Shown here in pieces: positions 61,674 to 64,000 of a stretch of 64,000 nt of DNA; the first letter of the stretch is position 1, and every line of letters starts with the position of its first letter. A model generated the notes under the pieces. The model was not told the DNA's origin and did not search any database. It saw only the letters and a program-made list of their open reading frames with translations. The position numbers and the translations under genes were made by a program. The DNA comes from Phyllosticta citribraziliensis (lineage: Eukaryota). The DNA lies in contig NW_027117342.1 of the NCBI RefSeq assembly GCF_038025025.1, positions 1,612,001-1,676,000 of the forward strand. Reading direction: 5' to 3'.

Positions 61674-62627
61674 ATGGCGCTGCGGCGCGCCCACGTCCGT
61701 CTCTGCGCAAACTGCCTCCAACACATCCGCCTCTCCCATCACACGCTGCCGACTGCAAGCGCGTCTCCTGTCGCAATACAATGCCGTAAGAAGAGCAAAA
61801 AATCTGTCATAGCGCCACCGGGCCAGCAAGCCTGGCCGTTGCGCGGCTACTACGCCGAAATCCTGTCACACCCAATACACAGCAACGCCGCGGCCTCCAG
61901 ACAATCCAAAGCAGAGACCAAGCGTACCGAAGAACAGGATCAGAACTCCTCATCCAAGACCTCTTCAGGGCCAGTACCATCCACTGCCCCTTCCTCCCCC
62001 TCCCCGTCTACGGGCTCGAGCGACCCCAGCGCTGGCGCCACAATACCCGAACCCGCGCCGCAACCCAACGCGTCGACAACCTCGGCCAGAGAAGAGACAC
62101 AAGCAAAGGCGCAGATCGTCTTTGGCAGCCGGCTAGCGGGGCCAACGGAGCGCAAGGCGGCGCGCAAGGCAGCGGCGCGCGAGGTAGCGGGTGTCGAGAT
62201 CCCGCCGCGGCCGGAGGAGCCCGACAATTGCTGCATGAGCGGCTGCGTCAACTGCGTGTGGGACGTGTATCGCGACGAGCTGGAGGAGTGGGCGCTGGCG
62301 AGCAGGGAGGCCAAGCGCCGCATGAAGGAGATGAAGGCGGCGGGCGAGAAGGACCCGGAAAAGGAGAGGCAGGTGGCGGCGGCAGAGAAAGAGCGCAGGC
62401 GCTTGGCTGACGCTGCTGCCAGTTCGACGTCGATGGACGATGATGGTGGGGGCAGCGAGGCTTTATGGAGCGCAGAAGAATTGGGAGGAGACGAAGCTCC
62501 TGCGGCTGTCACGGAGGACGACTTGTTCAAGGACATTCCTGTGGGCATTCGGGAGTTTATGAAGACGGAGAAAAAGTTGAAACAAATGCACGCAGCAGAG
62601 GAGGCTTCGTCGCCGCCACCGCCATGA
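61674..62627 (+). CDS. Mitochondrial oxidoreductase-like domain protein (OXLD1/UPF0651 family)
   Basis: Contains PPRPEEPDNCCMSGCVNCVWDVY and IPVGIREFMKTEKKL, with an Arg-rich presequence-like N-terminus. Confidence 0.9.
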   Translation: MALRRAHVRLCANCLQHIRLSHHTLPTASASPVAIQCRKKSKKSVIAPPGQQAWPLRGYYAEILSHPIHSNAAASRQSKAETKRTEEQDQNSSSKTSSGPVPSTAPSSPSPSTGSSDPSAGATIPEPAPQPNASTTSAREETQAKAQIVFGSRLAGPTERKAARKAAAREVAGVEIPPRPEEPDNCCMSGCVNCVWDVYRDELEEWALASREAKRRMKEMKAAGEKDPEKERQVAAAEKERRRLADAAASSTSMDDDGGGSEALWSAEELGGDEAPAAVTEDDLFKDIPVGIREFMKTEKKLKQMHAAEEASSPPPP

Positions 62628-63037
62628 GCCGAAAGTGCAGCGTCACTTGTACATCCAGTACATATTGTCCTTGGGGTTCTGCAGCGTTTTGCGCCGGCGT
62701 CATCTGGAGCAGAGCGGCTCTTGCTTCTTGGGGGCGCATCTAGAGAGGTATATTAGATCAAATAGACAGATATACCCGTCGGGCGGTCCGTCTCGCGCGC
62801 CGCAAAAGATCTCGCAATTCTTCTCGACCGACCGTAGAAGTACATGGCTGCCTCTATCAAAGCCTGAAAAGCCGTCGACCGTAGGACGGTCGGGTTTCCG
62901 TTGGAACAAGAAATGCCGTCCCCGTCTCCGAAAACGCCAGCTGGATCAGCTACTATCCGTGTCCATTCGCCCTTTTTGTGCCCATTGTTGTTGTGCATGG
63001 TGTATTCTCATTGTTTCAAGACGAATCCAGCCAGCGT

Positions 63038-63509
63038 CTAGTCCTCTCCGACATCGACGCCCTTGGCCCGCAGCTCCTTCCTCGCCTGCTGGATCTCGGC
63101 CATCAGCTCGGCGTGTGCCTCGGGCACGTCGTTGAACGTGTACACGCCCCAGCCGAGCTTGAAGAGGAGGTATGCGCCGAAGGAAACGAGGGCCCAGAAG
63201 GGCAACTGTGAGGAATCCGGCGTTAGCGTCGCATTGTACAGAGGGGATATAGAGATGCGATGTCGAGTAGGCTTCGGGTTTTGTATTGACATGGTGATGC
63301 TCTGCCTTGTCTTGAACGTACCACAGGAATTACGTCTTCCTGGACCTTGGGCGACAGCGGCAGGAGACCGAGATACAGGGCCAGGTAGATCTGCCACGGA
63401 CGACGGCCAGTTAGCACAGCGTGTTCGCGGCCAAATCTTGCGGCAGGGATGTTGCGCGTACGGAGGACAGGAGCAGGCCAATGGAGATGGTTTGTTGAGC
63501 GCGCGTCAT
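63038..63509 (-). CDS. DPM3: Dolichol-phosphate mannosyltransferase subunit 3 (exons 63509-63462, 63390-63322, 63205-63038; 94 aa)
   Basis: Spliced product MTRAQQT..IPVLPFWALVSFGAYLLFKLGWGVYTFNDVPEAHAELMAEIQQARKELRAKGVDV, with two canonical introns. Confidence 0.95.
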
Positions 63510-63903
63510 TTTGATGGTTGCGACGAAGGTATGCGTGAGGTGAAGGGAGAGAGCGCAAAGGTCGGAGGCGTGTGCGTGTTCAAGGAGCGAATGGGTTGCA
63601 GTTGGTTGGCGTCGAGACGAGAAAAGGTAGGTCTGGCGGCGACGACGATGGCGCGGGAGAGCTTCCTGGCTGCTGAGCTCGCTCCCTCTCTTCTCCCTCC
63701 TGCGGAGGCGGAGCGGAGCCACCGACGACCTTTGAGCAAGGTGGCATCATACACGTGACCGCGCATCGCTCGCAGCCTCCTTTCGAGAATCTCACAGAAG
63801 ACCTTGTCGTACCGCTGATATCTCGAGCTTTGCAATCTGGGACTGCAAATCCATCCCCGACGGTGTTGTGACCCTCTGACCCAGCGAAACTTGGACGTGC
63901 GAC

Positions 63904-64000
63904 ATGGAGTGGCCCTCAGGAGCCAAGCCCCTCTCCTTTAAGAAGGCCCTGGTTTCTTATCTCGAAGATCCGGAGCAACCAAAGGATATCAATGATCTCA
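63904..64000 (+). CDS. Possible start of a gene running off the window
   Basis: GACATGG start, divergent from DPM3 and open to the window end (MEWPSGAKPLSFKKALVSYLEDPEQPKDINDL). Too short to identify. Confidence 0.3.
   Translation, partial: MEWPSGAKPLSFKKALVSYLEDPEQPKDINDL

Overview
This is eukaryotic DNA from a filamentous ascomycete (Pezizomycotina; a Dothideomycete is likely but is only inferred from protein style). Evidence: GC-rich sequence, short GT-AG introns with CTRAC branch points, and many microsatellites. Recognisable genes are a PaaI-type thioesterase, CSN1, HSP90, NSE1, VNX1, RPT6, an F-box protein, a rhodanese-PTP tyrosine phosphatase, a DUF3445-like protein, an OXLD1-like mitochondrial protein and DPM3. 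Several conserved or lineage-specific hypothetical genes are also present. I found no rRNA, tRNA, CRISPR array or autonomous transposon. Five things deserve most attention: (1) a ~0.5-kb foldback/MITE-like element whose 119-bp inverted arms differ mostly by RIP-type mutations; (2) beside it, a multi-exon gene fusing a ubiquitin-like domain to a CorA-like GMN membrane module; (3) a 12-unit, 33-bp frame-preserving tandem array in a long gene-poor gap, broken in its best frame by one RIP-like nonsense change; (4) a BTB-like protein with acidic repeats and a C-terminal Atg8-interacting-like motif, where intron retention would reverse the tail's charge; (5) a multi-pass membrane protein with a possible ubiquitin-like N-terminus. 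None of these is a demonstrated new system. Domain names come from motif recall, not from database searches.
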